NCBI GenBank assembly: GCA_963666205.1
Contig: OY762654.1
Location: 896,001 to 960,000, forward strand
Length of the DNA: 64,000 nt
Direction: 5' to 3'
Origin: Synergistales bacterium
Lineage (GTDB): Bacteria; Synergistota; Synergistia; Synergistales; JAFGMB01
Made by a program: the position numbers and the translations under genes. Below the pieces are notes generated by a model. That model did no database searches, was not told the DNA's origin, and was given only the letters and a program-made list of their open reading frames with translations. Of the stretch, positions 1 through 10,635 are shown piece after piece (the first letter of the stretch is position 1; every line of letters starts with the position of its first letter).

Positions 1-1
1 T

Positions 2-715
2 GTTTCAATTTTAGGAGTACCCTTCGAAGTTGGAGAAGAATATGCTATCTATGGTATTTACAGGGATATATCTGACAGTAAAAAGGCTGAGGAAAAGCTT
101 AAGAGGAGTTACCAGCAACTGGAAAGAGCCATGGAAGGGACCGTCAACACTATAGCCAAACTGGTAGAAACTCGCGATCCCTACACGGCTGGGCACCAGG
201 TAAGAGTGGCTGAGCTTGCTTCTGCTATTGCAGAAGAACTTGGTCTTCCACCAGATAGGAAAGATGCCATAAAATTCGCCGCCATGATCCACGATATTGG
301 TAAGATCAGTATTCCGACAGAGATCCTGAGCAAACCCGGCAGGCTTTCAGAACTTGAATTCAGGCTTATAAAAAATCATCCCCTTTCGGCCTATGAGATA
401 CTTGAGAACATCAATTTCCCATGGCCTGTAGCAGACATAGTCCACCAGCACCATGAAAGAATGGATGGTTCGGGATATCCGGACAGGCTCAAGGGGGACG
501 AAATACTTCTGGAAGCAAGGATCCTCGCCGTGGCAGACGTGGTAGAGGCCATGAGCTCGGACAGGCCCTACAGGCCTGGACTGGGGCTGGACAGAGCCCT
601 CGATGAGATACGGGACAAGACAGGCACCTTCTTCGACAAGGCAGTTACCAAAGCCTGCCTTACCCTCTTTCAGGAAAAGGGGTTTTCTTTCAAGAATGAA
701 AGAAGGACCATATAA
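2..715 (+). CDS. PAS/PAC + HD-GYP domain phosphodiesterase (5' partial)
   Basis: Frame is open from position 2 (…YGIYRDISDSKKAEE, PAC end) into RDPYTAGHQ, HDIGK, HHERMDGSGYP and AVADVVEAM motifs. Confidence 0.9.
   Translation, partial: VSILGVPFEVGEEYAIYGIYRDISDSKKAEEKLKRSYQQLERAMEGTVNTIAKLVETRDPYTAGHQVRVAELASAIAEELGLPPDRKDAIKFAAMIHDIGKISIPTEILSKPGRLSELEFRLIKNHPLSAYEILENINFPWPVADIVHQHHERMDGSGYPDRLKGDEILLEARILAVADVVEAMSSDRPYRPGLGLDRALDEIRDKTGTFFDKAVTKACLTLFQEKGFSFKNERRTI
452..525 (+). repeat. 74-nt inverted repeat, copy 1 (partner 2529-2602)
   Basis: 73/74 identical to the reverse complement of 2529-2602. Confidence 0.9.
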
Positions 716-747
716 CAGGTCAATCCGCCGGCCTGACTATTTTTTAT

Positions 748-1089
748 TTATCCCCTCCCGGACATTGTTATGGATCCATGCAAAGCAAGCCAGAAACATC
801 TAGGCTCTGAACTCGTAAAAGTGACCCTGTGCTTCCTGTGGGCTGGAATAAATATCCAGTCACCGGGAACCATTTCTGTTTCTTCGCCGGATTCATAAAG
901 GATCTCTGCTCTACCTTCAAGAAGAAGAACCCATTCATCTTTTTCCTGGTCAAACCATTCTCCCTCTGGAGTTGTATGTCCCGTAGAGATTATCCTTTCC
1001 AGCCTTATATCCTCTCCAGAAAAGAGGGTCTGCAGAAATTCTTCAGAAATGTCAAAATCTACGGGCAGGCTAAAAAGATTTCCTTTCAA
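748..1089 (-). CDS. Cupin domain protein
   Basis: ERIISTGH…WFDQEKDEWVLLLEG…IPAHRKHRV cupin motifs. Confidence 0.85.
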   Translation of the reverse strand: MKGNLFSLPVDFDISEEFLQTLFSGEDIRLERIISTGHTTPEGEWFDQEKDEWVLLLEGRAEILYESGEETEMVPGDWIFIPAHRKHRVTFTSSEPRCFWLALHGSITMSGRG

Positions 1090-1186
1090 TAAAAGTCATC
1101 CCCTCTATATTAAGTATCCAATGGGAAAACTGATACTCTGCCATATTGCAATAACCCCCCATTTCAGAAGGCCTCTTTAGAGTAGA

Positions 1187-2140
1187 TCAGTCCCGGGGCC
1201 TGAAGGAAGATTCTCTGGAAAGCATATCGAAAAGCTCCTTTTCCCGCGCAGAAAGTTTTTTAGGGACGGCAATTCTTATACTAACGAGCATATCCCCCCA
1301 GCTTCCTCCCTTTCCAGGAAGGCCTTTTCCCTTGAGCCTCAGTTTCTGACCGCTCTGGGTACCAGGCGGCAATTTCATATTAACCGTCCCATTCAGTCCT
1401 TTTACAGGGATCATGGAACCCAACGCCGCTTCCCATGGTGAAACTCTTACCTCTGAAATAAGATCATAACCCTGTATCTCGAATCTTGGATCTTTTCTGA
1501 TCCTGATCTTAAGGTACAGATCACCCCTCGGACCTCCTGCAATACCAGGACTTCCTTTACCAGCCAGCTTCAGCTTCGTGCCGTCGGTTATTCCTCCCGG
1601 CAGATTTACCTTAAGATTCCTTCTCTCGGGAACCATCCTGCCATCTGGCGATCTGACATAACTCTCAAGAGAGATGGTCTTCTGCCCTCCCCTGATAACT
1701 TCCTCCAGAGTCAGCTCTATTTCAGCTTCATTGTCCTGCCCTTTACGCACCTTCTGTCTCCCCGGGCTTCCAAAAAAGACATCCTCCATACCGCCCATAC
1801 GGCTACTGCCCATACCTCCGAAAATCGTACGGAAGAAATCACTGAAACCTTCAAAATCGCCAGACCCAAAATCCATACCTCTTCCTTCATAACCTGGAGG
1901 AGGATTAAAGGGTTGGCCATTCTGCCAGGCCGAACCGAGGGTATCATACTTCTGCCTTTTTTCAGGATCTCTCAAAACTTCATAGGCTTCATTAATATCT
2001 TTATATTTCTTTTCGGCATCTGGAGCCTTATTCACATCAGGATGATATTTCTTGGCAAGCCTGCGGTATATTTTTTTTATTTCATCCTGACTTGCTGTCT
2101 TTTTAACTCCCAGAATGCTGTAATAATCCTTGTACTCCAC
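1187..2140 (-). CDS. cbpA: DnaJ-class co-chaperone, CbpA type (no zinc finger)
   Basis: J-domain with HPD, G/F-rich linker and DnaJ C-terminal domain; GTG start at 2140 after GAGGTG. Confidence 0.85.
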   Translation of the reverse strand: MEYKDYYSILGVKKTASQDEIKKIYRRLAKKYHPDVNKAPDAEKKYKDINEAYEVLRDPEKRQKYDTLGSAWQNGQPFNPPPGYEGRGMDFGSGDFEGFSDFFRTIFGGMGSSRMGGMEDVFFGSPGRQKVRKGQDNEAEIELTLEEVIRGGQKTISLESYVRSPDGRMVPERRNLKVNLPGGITDGTKLKLAGKGSPGIAGGPRGDLYLKIRIRKDPRFEIQGYDLISEVRVSPWEAALGSMIPVKGLNGTVNMKLPPGTQSGQKLRLKGKGLPGKGGSWGDMLVSIRIAVPKKLSAREKELFDMLSRESSFRPRD

Positions 2141-2353
2141 TGAATAAAACACCTCTTTCCCTTCGTGGAAAAGATATATGGGAAATGCACAGATTAAATA
2201 CTGACCAATACTAACCTTTATTATAAACACAAAAGCCACATATACAAGACTTAAATAAGGGACTTAGAGATGTTTATTCCCTATTTTTGAGCAATATTTA
2301 ATATTTTCAGAGGATTTACCATCTATTGAAGACCTATATCCCCGGTTTTCTTC

Positions 2354-4474
2354 CTAATCTCCCAGGACAAAACCTTTTTCCCTGAAGAGGTTCAGGCACA
2401 CTGACACCACTTTTTCATCATAGGATATCCCCGCCCTGTTCTCTATTTCCTCCAGAGCCTTTTCTATTCCAAGGCTTCCACGGTAAGGACGGTGAGAACA
2501 CATGGCCTCCACCACGTCAGCCACAGCAAGGATCCTTGCTTCCAGAAGTATTTCGTCCCCCTTGAGCCTGCCCGGATATCCCGAACCATCCATTCTTTCA
2601 TGATGCTGATGGACGATGTCTGCTACAGGCCATGGAAAGTCAATATTTTTCAGTATTTCATAAGCCGATTGAGGGTGGTTTTGGATAAGTTCATACTCCA
2701 TTTCCGTTATCTTTCCTGGTTTATTCAGTATCTCACTGGGAACATTGATTTTCCCGATCTCATATAGAAGGGACGCAACTCGAACACCCTCTATCCGTTC
2801 CGGGTCAAGATCCATTTCCTTTGCTATCTCAACTGCAAGACGGGAAGCACGATGCTGGTGACCCGCTGTATATGGGTCTCTTAATTCCACTATTTTAGAC
2901 ATGGTTTGAATAGTGCCCTCAAGGGCAGAGCGGTACCGCTCCTCCGCCTGTCTGATAGTTGTAATATCTGTAGTAATCCCAACTATGCCTGTTACGTATC
3001 CATTATCATCTTTCAGGGGGACTTTAGTTATTGAAGCATATCTTGTATTTTCTGGCGTCTCGAAAACATCTTCAAACTGGAGCATTCTGCCCGTTTCTAC
3101 TAATCTTCTGTCAGTTTCAATATTGAACCTGAGAATTTTTTCCGGTAAAAAAGATTCTCCTCTGGTTCCTATTATCTGGTCTCTGGAAACACCTGCTATC
3201 TCTTCATAAGCCCTGTTTACCTCAAGTAAAATCCCATTTCGATCCTTCATGTAGACTACATCAGGTATAGCTTCAAGAAGAGTATTAAGCCTTATATAGG
3301 TTTCTCTTAATTCATCTTCGGAATGTTTTGTTTCAGTTATATCCTCAGCTATTCCCCCGTACTGGATCATCTCCGGATCTGAATTGTCAAGGGCTGAACC
3401 TACAACCCTGAGCCATCTCCATTCTCCTGCAGCATTTTCCATTCTCAGGACAACAGGTTCAGAAAGTGTTCCTTTCTCTTTGATCAGTTCAAGAGATCTG
3501 ATACCTGTTTCCGAATCCTCCTGATGAACGAATTCCAGGAAATTTTTATTGATAATATCACTGCTCGTATAACCCATTATTCTTTCCCATGCCGGGGATA
3601 CGAAGGTGACCTTACCGTCAGAATCAATGGTAAATATTATCTGATTGGCATTTTCCAGAATATTCCTAAGCCTGGATTCACTTTCTTCAAGAGCTTTTGC
3701 CGCATCCTTCCGTTCTGTAATATCTTTTGTGAAGGTAAGGATGCACTGTTCACCCCCTATATCCAGGAACTCTCCTGAAAGAAGTGCAGTAATGACTTTT
3801 CCGGACTTTGTACCGAACATTACTTCCCGGTCTCTGACTACTCCCTTTTCTATAAGGGGCTTTACGAAGGCATCTCTTTCCTCATCGCTTCTCCAGATAT
3901 TCAGCTCACGGGAAGAGTGACCTATGATCTCCTCCCGTGTATATCCAAAAATCCGCAGGAAACCTTCGTTTATATCTACAAATTCGCCGTTAAAGGCCTT
4001 AGCTATGGCAATGGCATCCGCACTGGTGCGGAAAGCCTTGGCAAATTTCTCCTCACTTTTTTGTAGAGCCCGGGATGATTTCCAATGATGCCACCTGGTC
4101 GTACTCTCCTTAAGTTCCCTTTCTATGGCTGGTACAAGCCTCTGCAGTGAACTCTTCATTATGTAGTCGTTGGCTCCAGCCCTCATAGCATCTACAGCGA
4201 ATTCCTCACCGATAGTGCCTGATACGAAAATAAAAGGGATATGGGGATCTATATCACACCATGTCTCAAGGACATCAAGACCACTGTATTGAGACATGGA
4301 ATAATCGGATAAAATAATATCCCATTCTCCTGACCGAAGTGCCTTACTAAAATCTTCTTTATTATCCACCACGAGATAGTCAGGTTCGTATCCACCCTGT
4401 TTCAATGCTCTTAGAAGTAAGATAACATCGTCTTCCATAGTCTCGACAATTAAAACCCGTATTGATGCTGCCAT
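2354..4474 (-). CDS. Response regulator receiver + 3 PAS + HD-GYP-like domain (HD replaced by YE)
   Basis: REC (ILSDYSM, GANDYIMK), three PAS/PAC repeats, HHERMDGSGYP; LLYEIGK where HDIGK is expected. Confidence 0.88.
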   Translation of the reverse strand: MAASIRVLIVETMEDDVILLLRALKQGGYEPDYLVVDNKEDFSKALRSGEWDIILSDYSMSQYSGLDVLETWCDIDPHIPFIFVSGTIGEEFAVDAMRAGANDYIMKSSLQRLVPAIERELKESTTRWHHWKSSRALQKSEEKFAKAFRTSADAIAIAKAFNGEFVDINEGFLRIFGYTREEIIGHSSRELNIWRSDEERDAFVKPLIEKGVVRDREVMFGTKSGKVITALLSGEFLDIGGEQCILTFTKDITERKDAAKALEESESRLRNILENANQIIFTIDSDGKVTFVSPAWERIMGYTSSDIINKNFLEFVHQEDSETGIRSLELIKEKGTLSEPVVLRMENAAGEWRWLRVVGSALDNSDPEMIQYGGIAEDITETKHSEDELRETYIRLNTLLEAIPDVVYMKDRNGILLEVNRAYEEIAGVSRDQIIGTRGESFLPEKILRFNIETDRRLVETGRMLQFEDVFETPENTRYASITKVPLKDDNGYVTGIVGITTDITTIRQAEERYRSALEGTIQTMSKIVELRDPYTAGHQHRASRLAVEIAKEMDLDPERIEGVRVASLLYEIGKINVPSEILNKPGKITEMEYELIQNHPQSAYEILKNIDFPWPVADIVHQHHERMDGSGYPGRLKGDEILLEARILAVADVVEAMCSHRPYRGSLGIEKALEEIENRAGISYDEKVVSVCLNLFREKGFVLGD
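2529..2602 (-). repeat. 74-nt inverted repeat, copy 2 (partner 452-525)
   Basis: Direct sequence comparison, one mismatch. Confidence 0.9.
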
Positions 4475-4798
4475 GTTGCTAACACTACCTTTCTCAGGCA
4501 GAAAGCCCATTACCTGTGGTGTATGACTTGCAGAAAGGGCAAAACAACACCTTCTCAATATTGTCTTCAGTGAGATATCTCCAGTATAGAAGCTAATGAT
4601 CCCTCGATTTTCTTTATAATGATCTGTTAGCTGCTTTAATACTAACAGCGGTGAGATCGGGAAAAGAATACAGATTAAAGAACTTACCCTGTATTTTAAC
4701 GCATTAGATTACCTGGTAATCATATGATCACTGGTACGACAATGCCTCCGCGGATGATCCTTTTCCTCGGAGATATCTGGAGACCATGGCTTTTTTAA

Positions 4799-6958
4799 TT
4801 ATGAATTCCTTATTCTCATGGAATTAAGTACCACGGAGATAGAACTTAAGGTCATTGCCCCTTCAGCTATCACCGGATGCAGAAGAGCTGCCATAGCGAG
4901 AGGAATAACTATTACATTATATGCGAAGGCCCAGAAAAGATTCTGACCTATGATGGAGAAGGTCTTCCTGGAGATGTGTATAGCATCAGCGATCTTCGAT
5001 ACTCCTCCTTTTACAATAACAACATCGGAACTATCAATGGCGAGATCAGTCCCCGAACCGATGGCAAATCCTATATCCGCACCCTTCAGAGCAGCCGCAT
5101 CGTTCATACCATCGCCCACCATGAGCACTTTCATGTTCTCAGATTGGAAATGGCGTATAATATTGAGTTTTTCTTCAGGTCGAACCTGGGAGTAGACTCT
5201 TTCAATACCTGCCCTGAGGGCGATAGCTCTTGCTGTTATATCATTGTCACCCGTTGCCATTACTGGCATAATACTCATTTCTTTGAGTCTGGATACTGCA
5301 TCCGCTGCATCTTCCCTCATTGGATCTTCAATTGCCAGGTAACCCGCAAGTTCTCCATTTTTTCTCAATTCGACAACTGTCCTGCCCATTGAGTGCTGAG
5401 AATCATAGCGGGAAGGATCCAGAGGTCTCCCGATAAAGAATTCTACCCCTTGGATCAAGGCTTTAACGCCTTCACCAGGAATTTCCTCAAGAGAGGAATA
5501 AGTTATCTCTTCCTGGGAAACCGTCGATATGGCCCTGGCCAGGGGATGATTGGAATTCCTCTCCATGGATGCTACCACCGCAAGATCTGGACCCTCCAGA
5601 TCATGTTCGACAACTGTGGGATTACCCTCGGTTATAGTTCCAGTTTTGTCCATGACCACAACCTGAACATCTTTAGCAGTCTGGATAGCCTCTGCATTCC
5701 TTATGATCATTCCCTTCCTTGATGCAGCACCGGTACCTGTTATCAGTGCCATGGGAGTTGCCAGACCAAGAGCGCAGGGACATGCTATGACTATGGTGGT
5801 AATGAAGGCAAAAACACCGATGGAAAGGGGATCTCTGGCTTTTGTCACCCAGGGCAGAACTTCTCCTGCACGGTCCAGGAAAAAGAAGAATTTCCCTATC
5901 CCGAAGTACCAGAAAGAACCGCTTGCGAGGGCTAACAGGAAAACAACCGGAACAAAGTAATTGGTGACCCTGTCCGCAAATGCCTGTATGGGGATCTTTG
6001 CTCCCTGGGCCTCCTGAATAAGGGATATCATAAGGGAAAGAAAGGTTTCCTCTCCAACTTTGGTAACCTTCACCTGCAATAGCCCCGTCAGATCAAGAGA
6101 ACCTCCGATCACCTCATCACCTGCATTTTTCTCGATAGGGATCGATTCCCCCGATATCATCGATTCGTCAACTGCGGCTCTACCGGATATCACTTCTCCA
6201 TCAACCGGTATCCTTTCTCCCGGACGAATGATCACCACAAGGTCCTTCTTCATGGCCTCTATGGGAACCATAATTTCTTCTCCAGCCTGATCTGCTACTC
6301 TTGCCTCTCTGGCCTGGATTTTTACCAGGGCCTTTATTTCTTTGGAGGCCCTGTCCCGTAACCAGGATTCAATAAATCTTCCCGTAATATGAAGAGCTAT
6401 TATCATAGATCCTATAGCTCCAAAAGAAGCCACAGGAACATTCAGAAGGACGAGAATACTCGTAAACCATGCTGCGGTAGAACCCAGAACAACCAGCACA
6501 TCCATATTGGCATGGGCATGGGAAAGGGCTATCCAGGCCCCTTTGATACTTCCCCTCCCTGCTCCGAATATGACTGCGATCCCTCCCAGAAATTCCATTG
6601 AAAGAAAATAGGGTATATGGCGGCCAGTCATGTGAAAGAACATCAGGATCATGAGAGGGAGAGTTATCCCCCAGCTCAGCAGCAGGTTATTTCTTGCCTC
6701 CCTGTATCGTTTGTTTTCAAGGTCTTCAGGGGCTTCATAGGAAACATCGTAACCTGCAGACCGTACAGCCCCTTCCAGTATCTCCTGAGGTATATCTTTC
6801 TCCAGAACCACAAAGGCTGTTTCAGTTGCGAGGTTCACTGCCGCAAATTTAACTCCCTCTATTTTCCCCAGACTACGTTCCACCATACGTGAACAGGTGG
6901 CACAGGTCATACCTGTTATATGAAAACTGCGTTTAACAGTATCATGATATTTTTTCAT
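4799..6958 (-). CDS. copA: Cu(I)-translocating P1B-type ATPase
   Basis: GMTCATC HMA domain, SGES, CPC, DKTGT, HP, GDGMND and YN motifs. Confidence 0.92.
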   Translation of the reverse strand: MKKYHDTVKRSFHITGMTCATCSRMVERSLGKIEGVKFAAVNLATETAFVVLEKDIPQEILEGAVRSAGYDVSYEAPEDLENKRYREARNNLLLSWGITLPLMILMFFHMTGRHIPYFLSMEFLGGIAVIFGAGRGSIKGAWIALSHAHANMDVLVVLGSTAAWFTSILVLLNVPVASFGAIGSMIIALHITGRFIESWLRDRASKEIKALVKIQAREARVADQAGEEIMVPIEAMKKDLVVIIRPGERIPVDGEVISGRAAVDESMISGESIPIEKNAGDEVIGGSLDLTGLLQVKVTKVGEETFLSLMISLIQEAQGAKIPIQAFADRVTNYFVPVVFLLALASGSFWYFGIGKFFFFLDRAGEVLPWVTKARDPLSIGVFAFITTIVIACPCALGLATPMALITGTGAASRKGMIIRNAEAIQTAKDVQVVVMDKTGTITEGNPTVVEHDLEGPDLAVVASMERNSNHPLARAISTVSQEEITYSSLEEIPGEGVKALIQGVEFFIGRPLDPSRYDSQHSMGRTVVELRKNGELAGYLAIEDPMREDAADAVSRLKEMSIMPVMATGDNDITARAIALRAGIERVYSQVRPEEKLNIIRHFQSENMKVLMVGDGMNDAAALKGADIGFAIGSGTDLAIDSSDVVIVKGGVSKIADAIHISRKTFSIIGQNLFWAFAYNVIVIPLAMAALLHPVIAEGAMTLSSISVVLNSMRIRNS

Positions 6959-6987
6959 TCAACTCTCCAGTTTTATTATCCTTTACT

Positions 6988-7191
6988 CTAGTTTTCCCTT
7001 ACAACAGCGGGATAACCGGCATCATCGAGAACATCCAGGATTTCTGCTATCTTATCTGAATCAAGAGTAACAGTTTTATCTTCAAGGTTAATTTCGAAAT
7101 CTGTCAACCCCATATCCGAAAGGGCTTTATCAATTCTGTATACACAGTGCATACAAGACATGTCCGGAACTTTGATAATATACCTGCTCAT
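6988..7191 (-). CDS. copZ: Heavy-metal (copper) chaperone
   Basis: MSCMHC HMA motif, 67 aa, directly upstream of copA; ATG 7191 after AAGGAGG. Confidence 0.88.
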   Translation of the reverse strand: MSRYIIKVPDMSCMHCVYRIDKALSDMGLTDFEINLEDKTVTLDSDKIAEILDVLDDAGYPAVVREN

Positions 7192-7295
7192 AGTAATATC
7201 CCTCCTTACACCAGCTATAAACCTATTGTGACCTTTCGAATAATTATATCGGATACCTCCATTACATCGCCATCTGAAGAAAGATAGGTCCCGTT

Positions 7296-7703
7296 TTACA
7301 GTTCGTCGCTCAGTAAAAGCCAGAAGGAGGCCGTTATCCCCCAAATGGCATTGAATATCACAACAAACAGAGGTGTCATAGCTCCGAGTTCCAGACCCAT
7401 TATTCCCTTGTTCGCCCTGACAGGGAAAATAATGAAAAGCTGAACCAGAGTAGGAACGATACTGTAGATAAACCCTTTAAGATACAATTTCCCCTTTAAA
7501 AACGGGATAAGAAAAAGGAATCCCCAGATACCGCCCCATACTACCCTTGGATAGAGCCAGAGAGGGCTAAGAGCCGGAGCAATACTCACACCTAAAGCAC
7601 CCGTAAGACCGATCTTTCCGAAAAACCATACTGCAAGGCTATTAGTAAGTCCTCCCATACAGCCTGCCGAAAAGACAAGAGAAACACTTTTCACATAACC
7701 CAT
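7296..7703 (-). CDS. Hypothetical membrane protein (about 4 TM)
   Basis: Hydrophobic ORF; ATG 7703 after AGGAGG. Confidence 0.75.
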   Translation of the reverse strand: MGYVKSVSLVFSAGCMGGLTNSLAVWFFGKIGLTGALGVSIAPALSPLWLYPRVVWGGIWGFLFLIPFLKGKLYLKGFIYSIVPTLVQLFIIFPVRANKGIMGLELGAMTPLFVVIFNAIWGITASFWLLLSDEL

Positions 7704-7799
7704 TTTCGAACCTCCTTTACAGGAAAACCTGAAATTCAACTTCCTTTTCAATGCATATTTTTAATTTGTTTGAATCGGGAGATATGCGTTCTATAGTAG

Positions 7800-8370
7800 C
7801 ATTTTACTACGCCGCATTGTGGGATAGTGAAAAGATCTGACAGAAGAGCTTATATTTAAACAGGTTTGATACGGAGAGTAAGAACTCTTCAGGAAAAAGA
7901 AGCATGGACCCTGAACATGATCCCTTGCTCATAACCGGAAATAAAGTTGAGAAAGGATATAAAGGGTCCATACAGATCTCCATGGTAAAGTCAGGCGGGG
8001 AAGATCCTGACCCCCGAGAATATTGAAAACAGGATCCTCTGACCGGTTTTCAAACATCCAGATAGTCCATTTCGCCATCAACTGTGCCTCCATAAGCTGC
8101 CCCACTGGAGCATGAAGCCTATCGGGGTAACTGGATGAACAGCTTGCGGATCCTGCTGAAAAAAACATAAGAGACGGCAGGAATAATTACTTCAGGGGGA
8201 TACCCTTTACCTTAGCCGGATCTTTTCCTGGTTTCGCCAGGACTCTGGGAATGATTCCCCTCGGATTGATACGTCAATACGCCCATGGCGAACTCAAGGA
8301 AATTACAGGAATAGTTGTAACAGGATAAGAATTAAATTTCTTCCCTGCCGCTGGCCCCTTAAAGACGACC
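7800..8370 (+). pseudogene. DUF547-family protein pseudogene
   Basis: Fragments across frames read AWTLNMI…*PEIK..KDIKGPYRSPW, ENIENRIL*PVFK, VHFAINCASISCP (from 8065), LDEQL, TLYLSRIFSWF, IKFLP; several stops and frameshifts; ends approximate. Confidence 0.75.
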
Positions 8371-8383
8371 ATGAACCCTTAGC

Positions 8384-8650
8384 TCAATAGACCCTCTCGA
8401 AACGAGCCCTTATTCCCAGGATAAATCCTGTTAGAAGGCCCAACACAACTATGGCTGGATAAAGAAGATCGACAATGGCAAGGATAAGTATGGCGGTACC
8501 AGCATTCAGCCGGTATAGTAATTGACCGTTTCTCCTGAATAAAACCAGAACATAACCCTGCCCAAAAGCAGATAACTCCTGAAAACCCTCCGCTATCTGG
8601 CGAAATAAGATCCTGAACCTTTCTGTAAATGACCGATCATGAGAATACAT
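8384..8650 (-). CDS. Small membrane protein (DUF4342-like)
   Basis: 88 aa; short soluble region then a C-terminal hydrophobic hairpin. Confidence 0.55.
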   Translation of the reverse strand: MYSHDRSFTERFRILFRQIAEGFQELSAFGQGYVLVLFRRNGQLLYRLNAGTAILILAIVDLLYPAIVVLGLLTGFILGIRARFERVY

Positions 8651-8704
8651 AAAACCAACCCCTGATAAAGACTATGAAAATTGAAACTGAATACCAGAAT
8701 TATA

Positions 8705-9226
8705 CTATTTTTCTGTTTTTTTAAACTCCAGGGCTGCGGAGTTCAGGCAATACCGTAATCCTGTCGGCGGAGGTCCGTCTTCAAAGATATGCCCCAGGTG
8801 CCCTTCGCACCTGCGACATATAACTTCCGTCCTTCTCATCCAGAAAGACCGGTCTTCTCTTGTTTCAACATTCTCATCATTCAGAGGAGCCCAGAAACTG
8901 GGCCATCCGGTACCGGAATCAAATTTTGTGTCCGAGCTGAAAAGTTCAAGGCCGCAGCCGGCGCAAACATATATACCTTTTTCATGATTATTCCAATATT
9001 TCCCGCTGAAGGCCCTTTCTGTGCCTTTTTCCCGGAGGACATAGAACTGTTCTGGAGTAAGGATCTTCTTCCACTCCTCTTCCGTCCTTACTATTTTTTC
9101 GACCATGGGATCATTCCCTTTCTGGACAGGTTCTGCAGATAAAAGAGTTTCGGGAAAAAATGAAGCAGATAAAAATATCTGCAGAAATATGGCAAAAAAA
9201 ACCGTTGGTTTATACTTTCTTGTCAT
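8705..9226 (-). CDS. msrB: Peptide-methionine (R)-S-oxide reductase with N-terminal signal peptide
   Basis: GTERAF, CxxC, KFDSGTGWPSF, HLGHIFEDGP and RYCLNS motifs. Confidence 0.93.
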   Translation of the reverse strand: MTRKYKPTVFFAIFLQIFLSASFFPETLLSAEPVQKGNDPMVEKIVRTEEEWKKILTPEQFYVLREKGTERAFSGKYWNNHEKGIYVCAGCGLELFSSDTKFDSGTGWPSFWAPLNDENVETREDRSFWMRRTEVICRRCEGHLGHIFEDGPPPTGLRYCLNSAALEFKKTEK

Positions 9227-9400
9227 AGTTTTCACCTCTCGACTCTCTGAGAATGAAGGGAAAATACTTCTTCTTGCCAATGATCTGTTCGATGAATAGA
9301 AAGCCCGAAAGAATAGTGTTTACTTCATTCGGTCTTGCAATGCAGAAATTATGACAGGTTTGATGAATATTAGCGGCATATATTTCATGCATCCATGAAA

Positions 9401-10471
9401 TCAGGCTACTGTTATTTCAGTATTAAGATAAATATCCTGGACGGCATTAATGATTCTTATTCCTTCATCCATCGGCTTCTGGAAAGCCTTTCTTCCAAGG
9501 ATAAGTCCCATTCCTCCTCCTCTTTTGTTAATTACCGCTGTTTTTAAAGCATCAGCCAGATCATTACCTCCGGAAGCTCCGCCCGAACTTATCAGACCCG
9601 CCCTTCCCATATAGCAGTTGGCCACCTGGTAACGTAAAAGATCGATGGGATTATCCGAGGTCAGGTCATTGTAAACAGCGTCACTGGTTTTACCGAAGTT
9701 CAGGGCCCTGAAACCTCCGTTATTTTCAGGAAGTTTCTGTTTTATGATGTCAGCCTCTATGGTTACACCAAGGTGATTGGCCTGGCCGGTAAGGTCTGCA
9801 GCAACATGGTAGTCTGTTCCCTCATAATTGAAAGAAGGATTCCTGAGATAACACCAGAGAATGGTAGCCAGGCCCATTTCATGGGCTATTTCAAAAGCTG
9901 CTGAAACTTCCCGGATCTGTCTCCCTGACTCTACACTGCCAAAGTATATGGTAGCTCCAACAGCAACAGCCCCCATTTCCCTGGCCTGTTTTATAGATGC
10001 AAAAATGATCTGATCATAGGATCCGGGATATGAAAGAAGTTCATTATGATTGAACTTCATGATAAAGGGTATTTTATGTGCGTACTTTCTGGCAACACTT
10101 CCGAGAACTCCAAGGGTGCTCGCCACACCGTTACATCCACCCTCCACAGCCAGTCTGACAATGTTTTCAGGATCAAAATAAATAGGATTGGGCGCAAAAC
10201 TTGCCCCTGCAGAATGTTCGATTCCCTGGTCTACAGGAAGAATGGAAAGATATCCGGTCCCGGAAAGTCTACCGTGTTCAAAGAGGGACTGAAGGGAACG
10301 AAGAACCGGATTGGGCCTGTCCGTATCTCTTACTATCCTGTCTACAAAATCAGGACCGGGAAGATGAATTTGCTCACGGGGAATGGTACTGCATTCATGG
10401 TCCAGAAGATCCCGGGCTTTATCCCCCAGTACTCTTTTTACCTCATTAACAGATATTGCCAAAACAGCCAC
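9401..10471 (-). CDS. fbaB: Class I fructose-bisphosphate aldolase (DhnA type)
   Basis: [25 protein letters not shown] and GRKAFQ motifs. Confidence 0.95.
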   Translation of the reverse strand: MAVLAISVNEVKRVLGDKARDLLDHECSTIPREQIHLPGPDFVDRIVRDTDRPNPVLRSLQSLFEHGRLSGTGYLSILPVDQGIEHSAGASFAPNPIYFDPENIVRLAVEGGCNGVASTLGVLGSVARKYAHKIPFIMKFNHNELLSYPGSYDQIIFASIKQAREMGAVAVGATIYFGSVESGRQIREVSAAFEIAHEMGLATILWCYLRNPSFNYEGTDYHVAADLTGQANHLGVTIEADIIKQKLPENNGGFRALNFGKTSDAVYNDLTSDNPIDLLRYQVANCYMGRAGLISSGGASGGNDLADALKTAVINKRGGGMGLILGRKAFQKPMDEGIRIINAVQDIYLNTEITVA

Positions 10472-10635
10472 CCCCTTAATTCAATCTCAAGATAAGAAAT
10501 CAACAATCGGGAAAAGATCTCTCCCAGGAATAGTTTACCATAATACTGAGTGAACGTGATAAGAATTACCCTGGGTTCTATCCATCTTATCTAACATGAT
10601 GATATAATAATTGTTTAGAACAATGCAAACTGGAG

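Noticed and set aside
7929-8168. 79-aa minus-strand ORF
   Set aside because: Antisense shadow of the DUF547 pseudogene
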